Assembly: GCF_964213995.1 (NCBI RefSeq)
Contig: NC_135830.1
Coordinates: forward strand, 5,766,001 to 5,830,000
Direction of reading: 5' to 3'
DNA from: Mustelus asterias
Taxonomy: Eukaryota
Length of the DNA stretch: 64,000 nucleotides
The notes under the pieces are model-generated. The model searched no databases, had not been told where the DNA came from, and saw nothing but the letters and a program-made list of their open reading frames with translations. Each line of letters begins with the position of its first letter. The first letter of the stretch is position 1. Positions 52,511 through 64,000 of the stretch are shown one piece after another. The position numbers and the translations under genes are program-made.

Positions 52511-53075
52511 ACACACGCACACATACACACACACACACATACGAACACATGGACACGCGCCCTTGTACAAACAGACACTAAAACAACAACACACACACAC
52601 ATAATCAAATATGTACAAACGCACACATGTACACATGAAACACACAAGTACATACACATTCACATACGTGAGTAGGTACAGATCCAAACACAAACACATA
52701 CATGCATAGACACAATACAGACAGATACACACGCATGCAGACCCACATAAATACACAAGCACATACTTAGACTCCAATAAATACATATATTAGCACACGT
52801 TCACGCTGATAGGAATATAGATTTTAAGACACACAATGTTACACACATTCACAAACATATATGGAAATACATATAAACAAATCACCAGACTGCATATAGA
52901 AGAACAGACAGCAAAACATTTACACACAAACATGTAGACGCAAACATTAACATGCTCATAGAACAGAACACCATAGCACACATCAACGCACCGTTATAAA
53001 GAATGTCAACACGTGTATACATACACTGACATGTTAACAGGCGTGCACACAGACACATGGAGAAACAGATGCACA
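51990..53075. repeat. CA-rich low-complexity tract in the Cmu4-TM1 intron
   Basis: Direct inspection. Confidence 0.9.
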
Positions 53076-53089
53076 CTGAAAGGGAAACA

Positions 53090-53218
53090 GTAAGTTGTCT
53101 CCTGATGAAGGGGCAACGCTCCGAAAGCTCGTGCAACCAAATAAACCTGTTGGACTTTAACCTGGTGCTGTGAGAGTACTTACTGTGCCGACCCCAGTCC
53201 AACGCCCGCAACTCCACA
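53090..53218 (+). mobile_element. Penelope-like mini-element with minimal hammerhead ribozyme core
   Basis: CTGATGA(53102)-A-GGGGC aac GCTCC-GAAA-GCTC; TSD gaaagggaaaca / gagagggaaaca (53078-53089, 53219-53230). Confidence 0.72.
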
Positions 53219-54089
53219 GAGAGGGAAACAAACATTATTAGAGTGACAGAAATTAACACATAGCAATAGGCATAAACACATGTGCACGCATTAAGAGTGG
53301 CATTAATATATATTCATAGATTTCACACAATAATAGAGTCATATATACACAATGACAAAAGGATAAAATATGCGCACAGATGCAGACACACAACTACACA
53401 AATCAACAATCACAGGCAAATGAACGCGTACATTAACACTCATAAACACATATTAATTCAGAGCCAAAGATTAATGCAGAGCACGAGATGCTCATGCACA
53501 CGCACACAAATGCAAAATCTTCTGTACAAATGGTAGGCAAATGATGAAAGTACAATTTAAACGTGACTTTTTAATGGAGATATCCACAGATTTATTATCC
53601 CAATGTACAATGAACAGATAAACACGCTGAGAAACTGAATTAAGCTCACGATCTACTAAACATTTCCACCATAAAGAAGCACAGATCGGAAATTACATCC
53701 CAAGTCTTAAACAACAACATTTACAGTTTATAGATCAGTAACCATCTGTGAAAACAATCATTGATCAATGAACGTTCCTCGATATCAGTCATAATATTCT
53801 TCAATAAGGGATAGTTCCGAATTGTCAAAAAATCAACTGATTTTCAAGAAAACACCTTCAGTGCTTTCTGACATGGACTGTCCAAGGAATGTCAATCAAG
53901 ATCAGGTGTGAAAATAGTTACGGAGATCGGTTACTGAGTGTCCTGAGCTTAAGAGTCGGTATACATTGAAAATTAAGTTCAAGAATAAATGAACAGTTTA
54001 AAAAGGAGAACGGGGAAAAGAAAAATAACAATAAGATTACCTGGATAAATAAAGTAATCTAATTTCATACCCTGGTCTCCGTCCCCTAG

Positions 54090-54217
54090 ACTCCACCGAC
54101 CGCATCTGGATTGAAGACAATGAGGATGATAACAGTAACATCTGGACAACGGCTTCCACATTCATTGTCCTGTTCTTCCTGAGCATTTTCTACAGCACTG
54201 CAGTCACTCTGGTGAAG
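54090..54217 (+). CDS. IGHM: IgM transmembrane exon TM1
   Basis: DSTDRIWIEDNEDDNSNIWTTASTFIVLFFLSIFYSTAVTLVK, the conserved antigen-receptor TM motif; ctag acceptor, gtgaga donor. Confidence 0.96.
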
Positions 54218-54357
54218 GTGAGATGATTGAATGCACTCACATATCAAACTGACAGAATGGATTTGAAAAATCTCTCAATGTTCCACTGATTAAAAACTTT
54301 AACTTTAATGTCCCGCATCATAAACATCTGCTTCATTATTGTATCTTTCTTTTACAG

Positions 54358-54366
54358 ATCAAGTGA
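54358..54366 (+). CDS. IGHM: IgM TM2 exon (IK*)
   Basis: tttcttttacag/ATC AAG TGA gives a KIK cytoplasmic tail; candidate AATAAA at 54820-54825. Confidence 0.9.
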   Translation: MK

Positions 54367-55357
54367 TGGGTTGAATTTTGGATGCTGCAGATTTCCCTCA
54401 GCTGATTATTATGATCTCCGTATGACACAAATACAATATCTGCCCTTGGTGACTCTATCAGTAAAATTCTCTCAGTTTATCATTCTGAATCTGTAACTGA
54501 GACAATCGTAGACGGTATTTCAGTTTTCAGAGTGAAAAGTACGAGGCATTTTTTGTTATAATGTAATTGTGGTTAGTAGTTTCCCCATAGTCTAAATATC
54601 ATGTATAAATAAGAAACTTTTCTCATTCCTTATCCTTATTTGTTAATTCCTCTTTCTATTAAGGTCCTGTTTTCTCTTTCTGGTGTATGTAACAGATGTA
54701 CAAATATTGACGGATTCCCTGTGCATGTGTTGTGTTCTCAATGTGAAGCTCGATCGTTATGTTCACTTTTCTAACTTTAAAAAAATAATGTTGGTGTAAA
54801 ATGTTCTCTGAATTTTTAAAATAAATATTGAATGAAATTTTAACCATCTCTGGCTTGGCTTTATTCCGTTCTCCAAAACACATCAACTCCGCCCCATTTT
54901 CCCTATTACACGGTTTCCCCTCTTTCCCAGACAGGGATTTTCCCCAGTCATATGTGGGATGTGGTTGAACTCAATGCCCTTTCGTGAAAGAGTCACTGCG
55001 CCACCCAGTGACCCATCCGTGTAAATACACCTTCATCTCTGCCTTTTTATGATAAAATCCAGATACAGAATGAATGAATAATGAGGAGAACCGCGGTGAT
55101 TTCACGCATAAACTGGTCTGTCACTGACGAGTTTCAGGTAATTCTAAACAGCAAAAGGCTCATTCATTCGAGGCCGATGCAGGACAGTGAATCTTAGAAT
55201 CTTAGAAACCCTACAGCACAGAAAGAGGCCATTCGGCCCATCGAGTCTGCACCGACCACAATCCCACCCGTATCCCTACATATTTACCCACTAATCCCAC
55301 CCATATCCCTACATATTTACTCACTAACCCACTAAGTGTGTGGCAGAAGATAGTTTC

Positions 55358-56827
55358 CTATACACTGTCCCTTAAAAACACTATCAGTGTCGCTGCAGCG
55401 TGGGTTAACAGAGTGTATCTCTCTATACCGTACTGTAGGGTTACACTCCTCAACTGGACCATGAAGTTTAGTCCGAAAAGTATTGGCGCACAAAGATACA
55501 GCAACCCTAGGAGCTTGAAACGCTCGTAAACTGTGCCTTGCACCTTCAAAGTTACCACGCAACTCCCTAGCACGGTGACAGACCGGGACCTCGATGCCAA
55601 AGAGATTGTCTGTTTGGCAGGTTGAATCTGGAGTCCACACCGCTTCACAGTGTCTGTGTGGATAAAGCTCTCAGTGCTCCCGCTTTCAAACAGACAATAA
55701 ATCACGTGGTCATTTACCTGGATATTCATCATAGATTTGTCAAGTCTATGAGGCTTGGCCTGGTCTAGGATGATCGACGCCACCGTTGGTTCATGAGCGC
55801 CACTGCAGGCAGCTGAAATCGATGAGGAGGTACCCTGCTGGTCGTTCGCGGTCAGTGCCGACCAACATGGCCGCTCCCATGAGTCGCACGTGGGTGATGG
55901 CGCCAAACTCAGTGACCCCTGGTGGTCACACACCTCCGACTCCGTCGACCGTAATGGCGTCGTCCTGGCCTCGCACGTGGACGAACCCCTTGATGACTTC
56001 GACGACAAAGACCCGAGCTCTGAAGAATTGCAGGCCGCACTGCCGTCCCTAGGTTTAAATCGGCACACTTTTGAATAGTGCCCTTTCTTACCGCATGCGG
56101 TGCACAACACAGCCTTAGTGGGACACCGTTGCCGAGCATGCTTCGGTCCCCCACAGAAGTAGCACCGCGGGCTGCCCTGAGCTGCTGCCGTCGTCTGGCC
56201 CAAGTGTGAGCACACCATTACGCAGCATTTCGAACCCGAGGGACGAGGAGGGATTGGCGACTGCTCCTGCCACGTTGTCTCCACATGGTCCTCCGGATAT
56301 AATACTAAGCTTTTGGAGGCTGTCTCGAGCATCTCCGCTAGCTCGATTGCCTGGGTAAGGTTAAGGTTACCCTTCTCCAATAGTTTAAGTCGAATGTACG
56401 ACGATCCAACTCCTGCCACAAACGCATCTCGGGCGAGGTCGTTCATGCTCTGCTCAGCTGACACAGCTTTGCAGTTACAGCCCCTGGCTAGCTGTAGGAG
56501 CTCGTTCGCATATTCCTCCATCGTTTTGCCAGACTGCCGTCGTCGAGTGGCTAGGAGGTAACGAGCGTGTATTTCATTGGGTGGTTTGACATAACGCTTC
56601 TTCAGAAGCTCGAGGGCCTTCGTATAATCGGTGGCCGCACGGATCGCGAGGTAGACAGTGTCGCTTACCCTCGCATGGAGGACCCGGAGTCTGTCATCAT
56701 CTGTGGTGACCACTGCGGAGGCTGCCAGGTAGTCTTCGAAGCACTTCAGCCAGTGGTCGAAGGTGTTTGAAGCGCCCACTACACGTGGATCTAGTGTAAG
56801 GCGTTCCGGCTTCAGGATCTGCTCCAT
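55358..56827 (-). CDS. Ty3/Gypsy Gag-protease ORF (489 aa), truncated before RT
   Basis: Two zinc-knuckle-type motifs (CYFCGGPKHARQRC, CTACGKKGHYSKVC); protease motif LFESGS and ILFG-like flap end; last ~20 aa run into unrelated sequence. Confidence 0.88.
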   Translation of the reverse strand: MEQILKPERLTLDPRVVGASNTFDHWLKCFEDYLAASAVVTTDDDRLRVLHARVSDTVYLAIRAATDYTKALELLKKRYVKPPNEIHARYLLATRRRQSGKTMEEYANELLQLARGCNCKAVSAEQSMNDLARDAFVAGVGSSYIRLKLLEKGNLNLTQAIELAEMLETASKSLVLYPEDHVETTWQEQSPIPPRPSGSKCCVMVCSHLGQTTAAAQGSPRCYFCGGPKHARQRCPTKAVLCTACGKKGHYSKVCRFKPRDGSAACNSSELGSLSSKSSRGSSTCEARTTPLRSTESEVCDHQGSLSLAPSPTCDSWERPCWSALTANDQQGTSSSISAACSGAHEPTVASIILDQAKPHRLDKSMMNIQVNDHVIYCLFESGSTESFIHTDTVKRCGLQIQPAKQTISLASRSRSVTVLGSCVVTLKVQGTVYERFKLLGLLYLCAPILFGLNFMVQLRSVTLQYGIERYTLLTHAAATLIVFLRDSV

Positions 56828-56879
56828 ACTCTCTTTTTTTTTCTCGCTTCGACGAGAGTTTAACAGCAGTAAATAAAAT

Positions 56880-57196
56880 TGATGCGCTTCTCAAACACGA
56901 GGCCAGATGCTCGGGAAATAAAAGGCTTTCACTTACTGAAATGAAGCAGCCAATAATTATATACACTATCCCAGACTGAAGGGGTCCCAGCCAAAGCAGG
57001 GACTTTTATACCTCTCCCAGGAGGCGGAGCCCGACTGGGATGTACCACAACACTACAGTACAAAGGTGTAACAACCCCACCCTAACCCCAACAGCAACAA
57101 GTAGCACAACCCAACAGTAACATATGTACATTCTTGTAGTACTGGCCAGACCCTGGCTCAGTACTATCCAGTGGGAACCAACGATGGTTCACCACA
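56880..57196 (-). mobile_element. 5' LTR of the Gypsy element
   Basis: Minus strand TGTGG..CATCA, TATAAAA at ~57004-57010, located 53 bp before the gag ATG. Confidence 0.7.
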
Positions 57197-57216
57197 GTTA
57201 TTTAAAATTTGACACA

Positions 57217-57791
57217 TGTGAAATGATTCTGACCAACCCTGTGTTGGATTGATCTTGGGTTAAACTTCCTGTCAGGTCCAAAGATTTATTCCTGACGCAA
57301 GTAACACAAAGAAAAGGAAAATTCTGGAATTGGATACTGATGAAAAGAGTTTAAAAAGAGAGAGTATTAAATAGAAATGTTACCAGATCATGTGGTCATT
57401 AGATTAAAACAAAGGAAGTCTGCTGACGTCCATTTGAGAACTTCTAATCCACCCCATTTCGAACTAAGGGAGTCTATGTACAAAGAAAGCCCAAGAAAGA
57501 CCCCCCCCCCCCCCCGCCCCAAGGGGGATCTGGAAAGCACCATGATGGGGGCACCTATCTGTCCATGAGATGATCACAAAGCCCCATAATGCCCAGATAC
57601 TAATTTTATTGAACCGATAATGTACGTAATCTATCACCATTCTGATTGGATTGTGTCCAGCCGGGATGGGCTGAGTAACTGTATAAGAATTGATGATATT
57701 CTTTGTTGGGTGGAGTTACACATGGTCAGCCCCTGTGGCTTCTCCCCGCTGGCGTAACTCAATAAACTGTTTGTCGATTGAATCAGGCACA
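57217..57791 (+). mobile_element. Candidate solo LTR
   Basis: TGTG..CACA termini, 5-bp flanking duplication ACACA, TATAAG at ~57682 and AATAAA at 57761. Confidence 0.5.
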
Positions 57792-57792
57792 A

Positions 57793-58272
57793 CACACTGG
57801 GAAGAGATACAAAGTGCCCTCTCCACTGGAAGCTCATCGGCACACCCACACTGGGGAGAGGCCGTTCACCTGCTGGGTGTGTGGGAAGGGATTCACTGAT
57901 TCATCCACTCTGCAGAGACACCAGCAAGTTCACACTGGTGAGAGTGCATTCACCTGCTGTCAGTGTGGGAAGGGATTTACTCGGATATGAAGCCTGCAGA
58001 CACGCCAGCGAGATCACACAGGGGAGAGACCATACAGCTGCTTTCAGTGTAGGAAGGGATTCAGTAAGTCATCCAACCTACAGAAACACCAGCGAGTTCA
58101 CACAGGGGAGAGGCCATTCAACTGCTCTGCATGTGGGAAAAGATTCACTCAGTTATCGAATCTGCGGAGATACCAGCGAGTTCACACCGGGGAGAGGCCA
58201 TTCACCTGTTCTCAGTGTGGGAAGGGACATTGTAATTCATCCACCCTGCTGAGACACCAGCGAGTTCAGTAG
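57793..58272 (+). pseudogene. Kruppel-type C2H2 zinc-finger gene fragment (about 5 fingers)
   Basis: Repeated HTGERPF/Y-C..CGKGF....L..HQRVH; in-frame TGA at 57988-57990, two His ligands lost (R, Y), no 5' part. Confidence 0.88.
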
Positions 58273-58634
58273 TGAATATGGGGATGAGAGTCTGCTGTTA
58301 TTGTTTCTGCTCTCAATTACATCCGGGACTGCATTTTGTTCAGTCTCACAGTTGGTCATTGAGGAGGGTCGGAGGGTTTCTTTCTGTTGGACTGGCCGGT
58401 CTCACAACTTTGCCTCCAGTGGGCTGATGCTCTTTGAGTCTTGTTGCAAATACCTGAATTCAAATTTCACAAGGATCACAGAGTGACAGGGTGTTAGGAA
58501 GTTCAGAGATATTTAGTCAGCATTTATTTTTGAAATGCCCCAAACGCCCATCCAATTTCCGTTGTAATTGTTTATTGTCTCCACTTCCTCCACCCTCGTA
58601 GGCAGTGAGTTCCAGGTCATTACCATTCGCTGCA

Positions 58635-59410
58635 TCAAAATAATCGCATCATAATTACACCTCCCCCAATTGTAAACCTTGCCCTGCCGTATGGCCTATC
58701 CCTCTCCATTGCAATAACGAAAGGCACCGAATTGTGGTCACGATCTCCAAAGTGCTCTCCCACAAACAAACCGAACACTTGGTACTGGGTAATGAAACGG
58801 GCCAAGTCCAATGTGGCCCCACCTCTTGTCGGCCTATCCACATATTGTGTCAGGAAACCCTCCTGCACACACTGTACAAAAACTGCCCCATCCGAACTAT
58901 TTGACCTATAAAGGTTCCAATCAATATTTGGAAAGTTAAAGTCACCCATGACAACTACCTTGTGACCTGCACACCTATCCATAATCTGCTTTGCAATTTC
59001 TTCCTCCACATCTCTATTACTATTTGGGGGCCTATAGGAAACTCCTAACAACGTGACCGCTCCTTTCCTATTTCTAACTTCAGCCCATATTACCTCAGTA
59101 GGCAGATCCCCCTCGAACTGTCTTTCGGCAGCCGTTAAACTATCCTTGATTAACAATGCTCCTCCTCCACCTCTTTTACCACCTTCCCTACTCTTACTGA
59201 AACATCTATACCCCAGAACCTCCAACAACCATTCCTGTCCCTGTTCTAACCATGTCTCCGTAATGGCCACAACATCGTAGTCCCAAGTACCAATCCACAC
59301 TCCAAGTTCACCTGCCTTATTCTGGATGCTCCTTGCATTGAAGTAGACACACTTCAACCCACCTTCCTGTCTGCTTGTACACTCCTGCGACCTTGATACC
59401 CTCCTCAGTA
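58635..59410 (-). mobile_element. CR1 ORF2 endonuclease fragment
   Basis: YFNARS, ITETW, GDFN, LDL, DHN motifs. Confidence 0.9.
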
Positions 59411-60361
59411 CCTCACAACACTCAACACTGGCTTCTGGACTACAGCTCGTTTTCCCATTCCCATTTCAAAGTTTATTTTTCGAAAGGTAAAATTATGAAT
59501 CACACTGATGACTTTCACTAACTCCATTGGGTGACCACCCCAAGTAGAAATGTGAATCTTCCTCAGGGTCCTGAACCAAAGGCGATTTCCCAAAATCCTG
59601 CCCCAGGGTAACTCAGTACCTCCACAACTAGAGTCCAACCTGCAAAGCCCAAGTTCACTCACAAATCCCACTGAGCATTCTGACACAGCTCTCAGCTACA
59701 ATACAGGTATAAATGTTATACTGTTAGTCAGAGCACAGAACATTGTTCAAAAATTCCTATCTTGCCTATGTAGGTTTATGATTAAAACTTCACCCAAAGA
59801 CTTGTCTGTAATCTAGAAACTGTTTGTTCCTCAAACAAGTAAACAACCTTGCTGATATTAGAACCTTGATGTGGAGCATTTGATGAACATGTGATTTTAC
59901 TCTAATGCAGGGGTGTTACATCTATCACCCCTTTTACTAAATCTATTCATTCACTCTGGCATTTTCCCCCTTTTCCTCATTGGCTTAGCCCAAGGTAGCC
60001 AACTTCCATTCCCTTTACAATCTCCTTCCCACAACTAGTTTTTAGATATAATTGAAGCGGTATAATTGGATATAAAAGCAGTGATAACATATAATTGCTG
60101 TATAAATTGCATAGATTCAAAAAGATTCTCAAGCTGTCCCTTAACCTGCTCCATCTTGTAATAATTCTTATTCAGTATTATTTCTCCCCCGCCTTTATTT
60201 GTCCCAGTCCAAAATTCCATTTACTTTAATTTGTTCTTCCAGTCAGTTTCTCTGGAGTCTGTGTCAGTGCCTTGATCATTTCAAAATGATTTCTTACTCT
60301 TCAGGTCATATTAAACATTTCATGTCACGCTGTTAGTCAAGCAGTTGAGAAAGTCCCATTT

Positions 60362-60684
60362 GAATCATAGAATCATTACAGTGCAGAAGGAGGCCATTTG
60401 GCCCATCGTGTCTGCACCGACCACAATCCCATCCAGGCCCTATCCCCAAAACCCCATTTATTTACCCTGCTAGTCCGCCTGACGCTAAGAAGCAATTTAC
60501 GATGGCCAATCAACCGAACCTGCATATCTTTGGAGTGTGGGAGGAAACCGGAGCACCTGGAGGAAACCCACGCAGATACGGAGAGATTGTGCAAACTCCA
60601 CACAGACAGTCACCCGAGGCCAGAATTGAACCCGGGTCCTAGGTGCTGTGACGAAGCACTGCTAACCATTGTGCCACCATGCCA
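60362..60684 (-). mobile_element. V-type SINE with CR1-derived tail
   Basis: Family match to 43105-43421. Confidence 0.8.
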
Positions 60685-61204
60685 CACTTCACTCTTCAGT
60701 ACAGCTGCACTGTGCACTCTCGGATGTTAGTTCATTCACAACTTACAAACCAATTCTGCAATCTCACATCAGTCTTCCAATTCCTTCTTTAATTCTCTGT
60801 TGGAGTCTCACATTCATAAGCCATCTTCACACATTTCCCTACATGTTAAACGTTGTCTCTCATGTTGTTGTTATTAACCAGACATGTACTTTGTCTTGCT
60901 TGTTGTTATCTCTCTGTCCTCTCCCACAAATCCTTGTTTTGTATTTGTGAAAGGTTTATCAGGTTTATAGCGATGGTGCTGGGTATTTTACCAATCATCA
61001 TCCTGAATTCCACTCTCTTTCAAAGGATGCACCATCCAATAATTCTGCTGGAAACTTCAAAAGAAAGTAAAAAGCCGGAGTCAAAGGGGTTTTCCATCTC
61101 AACGTATTTGCTTATTTCCCCCTGTACAATCCCAATGTCTCAGATGGTGGCCAGATTATAAAATTCACTTCTCTCAAATAGTCCATGGACAAAGAAACAA
61201 ACAA

Positions 61205-61472
61205 GGGGTGGCACGGTGGCTCGCACTGCTGCCTCACAGCACCAGGGATCTGGGTTTGATTCCCGGCTTGGGTCACTGTCTGTGTGGAGTTTGCACATTC
61301 TCCCCATGTCTCTGTCGGTTTCCTCCAGGTGCTCCGGTTTCCTCCCAAAGACTGAAAGACGTGCTGATTAGGAGCATTGTCCCAAACAGGCGCCGGAATG
61401 TGGTGACTGGGGGAATTTCACAGTAACGTCATTGCAGTAAGCCTTACTTGTGACACTAATAAATAAACTTTA
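61205..61472 (+). mobile_element. V-type SINE
   Basis: ggtggcacggtgg head; tail cttgtgacactaataaataaac. Confidence 0.8.
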
Positions 61473-61729
61473 AATATCTCCAAGAAAAAGCTGTCACCTC
61501 ATTTACCTCGTCTATACTTCCCCTTTACCAGAAGGTTCCATACCTGACTGTATGCATTCCTTTAAACTACACTTTCCGGAGTCCTGGAGAATCTTTTAAA
61601 ACATGAAATATACTCATAATATCTTTAAAAAGAAACCGAACATTTCACAGTAACTTCATTGCAGTGTTAATGCAAGTCTAGTTGTGACACTAATAAATAA
61701 ACTTTAAAAACTTTAAGAATATTTGAAGT

Positions 61730-62088
61730 CAAAGTTTATTCATTAGTCACAAGTAGGCTTACATTCACACTGCAATGAAGTTACTGCGAAAATCCCTTAG
61801 TCGCCACACTCCGGCGCCTGCTCTGGCACACTGCGGGAGAATTTAGCCTAGCCAATGCACCTAACCAGCACGTCTTTTTGACTGTGGGAGGAAACTGGAG
61901 CACCCGGAGGAAATCCACGCAGACACAGGGAGAACGTGCAGACTCCGCCCAGACAGTGACCCAAGTCAGGAATCGAACCGGGTCCCTGGCCTATTTGCTA
62001 CCAAATAAACCTGTTGGACTTTAACCTGGTGTTGTGAGACTTCTTACTGTGAGGCAGCCATGAGAACCATTGTGCCACAGTGCTGCCC
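61730..62088 (-). mobile_element. V-type SINE interrupted by a Penelope-like fragment (61992-62051)
   Basis: Family match; internal ccaaataaacctgttggactttaacctgg segment. Confidence 0.75.
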
Positions 62089-64000
62089 CAAATTTGTGTT
62101 TGATTCCAGGCATTATCAACTTTGTTCTTTCCCTTAAACAACAGGTGATTTCCATTTTCAATGCTTGAAATAGCAACTCACATGAGATGTTTATCAATTC
62201 CAATATCCTAAGCAGGCTTGGTGGTTTTCTGAAAAGTAAAGTCTTTTATTCTCTGCTTTAATTCTCAAAACTGTTGACTTCACTCAGAGCTGGAAACCAT
62301 CATCACCTGTTTAAAAAACACAAACAATCCATCTGGCTCTGGCCAAGATCCCAGTGAGTTAATATGTCCAAGTATAGGTTACATTAAAAAACAAAGGCTG
62401 TGTGGAGATTTATAAAAATCAACTGTCTGCTGAAAGTGTTAACTTCTCTGTGGAACCGAGAGAGGCGGGGAGTGGGCAGAGGAAACTTGGCAATTGCATC
62501 AACTTACATAATTTAAAAAACTTCTCTCGTGTCATTTTCTTCAATTTTGTTCCAATTTCATCTCTTTTATCTCTCCTTTATTGAACACCAATTTCAATTT
62601 TCAATATTTTCCACTTAATCAAAGTTGAAAGAAATACTTTGTGAAATATGTTGTTAACCGAATCTCGACAATTTTAACTCAGATGTTTTGGAAAGTTGGA
62701 ACTGGTTTGCTGCCAAACTGCAGCCTGATCTTTGTGTTTTGGGAGCAAATTGGCCTTCACAATTCTAACCTTGAACAACTTAATTTCAAACCCAAATACA
62801 TTCCTTTCACATTTTAGTACAGTCTGAATTTATTTCAAACAGAAACTCACGGCTGTTCAAATTAAATTAATTTTTATTCTCTTTCCAAACTAATTCTTCG
62901 AATCTATGATGCTTTCAAACAACACCCTGCTTCAACAATTGACTCAAATGTACAGTATTCCTTCAACTGGGTAAACCAACTTGGAGTAAGCGTTGTGGAT
63001 CATGACGGTGCAAAGGTCATGGCTAATCACACACACCTGCATTCCCTTATCACACAGGAGAGGCAGAGGAGAGGGGGGAGTGCTTTCAGTGATTCTTTTT
63101 TTGGAGAAAACAACTACATCTGCTCACTGGTGACTGATTTGTGTCTCAGGTTGTTTGATGTTAGCTAAACACAGGGAGTGGTCTGCTTCAGGGGAGGTGT
63201 CACTTTGTGGCTGAATTAACTTTCTCAAAGTCCCCACGGCATTTTCGAACTCTTCACTTGATCTGATATTTTCTGACTGTAAATTGATATCTTGTTCCAG
63301 AGTTTGGCCGAACAGCAGTAGATTTTTCTGAGCTCCACTCACCCTATCATCTGCCCCCTGTTCCCAATGTAACTGATTGTCCAGGTCAGACGTGCTCTCC
63401 TGCCAGCAATCAGCTCCATTCTGCAGCTTATCCACCAGTTCCCTCAACTCTTTATATTTTGTACTCAGCTGTGAGGCAACAGGTTTCCAATGTAACTGTA
63501 AATTAATTTATTCTGGACTTTTTCCAACTCACTATTTCCTTTCTGAATCTCTTTAGAAAACCTATCAAGGACCCGCTCGTAATCTCCGTCGCATTCTTCT
63601 CCACCTCCCAGGGTATCTTTTGCTCCTGATGCCCTTGACTCCGTTGTCAAACTGTCAGTCACATTGTAGCAGATGCCAAAGCCATTGTTGTATTTGCTTT
63701 TTTGAGGCAGCAGTGCTCACCACTGTGCCACTGGATGGAATGCTGGCCCAGTGGAGAGAAACATAGAAACTAGAAGCAGGAGTAGGCCATTCGGCCCCTT
63801 GAGCCTGCTCCACCATTCATCTTGATCATGGCTGATCATTGAATTCAATTTCCTGATTCGCCCCTTCCTTCCATATCCCTTGATCCCTTTAGCCCCAAGA
63901 GTATATCTCATATCTTCTTGAAATCAGGCAATGTTTTGGCCTCAACTATCGGGTGACATGGTGGCACAGTGGTTAGCACTGCTACCTCACAGCGTCAGGC

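Noticed and set aside
47192-54366. Alternative isotype assignment (IgW, IgNAR or Cmu2-less IgM1gj)
   Set aside because: Four C exons with IgM-type sequence, IgM tailpiece and TM, a conventional VH and unjoined V-D-D-J.

Overview
Cartilaginous-fish (shark-type) genomic DNA carrying one complete, unrearranged, apparently functional IgM heavy-chain cluster on the + strand. It comprises the leader (34656-34701), VH (34834-35138), D1 (35578-35592), D2 (35959-35970), JH (36365-36412), a 10.8-kb J-C intron, Cmu1-Cmu4 with secretory tail (47192-50896) and TM1/TM2 exons (54090-54366). RSS spacers are V23 / 12-D1-22 / 12-D2-12 / 23-J. The 33 kb upstream is a diverged tandem duplication of a ~16-kb block. 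Copy A (~2124-18523) ends in a VH pseudogene that lost its promoter/leader and is cut in FR3; copy B (~18524-35138) ends in the functional VH. The rest is dominated by CR1-type LINEs (one near-intact ORF2), tRNA-derived SINEs, small Penelope-like elements with minimal hammerhead-ribozyme cores, satellites, a truncated Ty3/Gypsy element (LTR-gag-pro), a candidate solo LTR and a C2H2 zinc-finger pseudogene. The most notable unexplained structure is a G-rich ~20-bp tandem repeat about 1 kb upstream of Cmu1, with AID hotspot motifs on both strands, resembling a primitive switch region. All alignments were done by eye; repeat boundaries are approximate.
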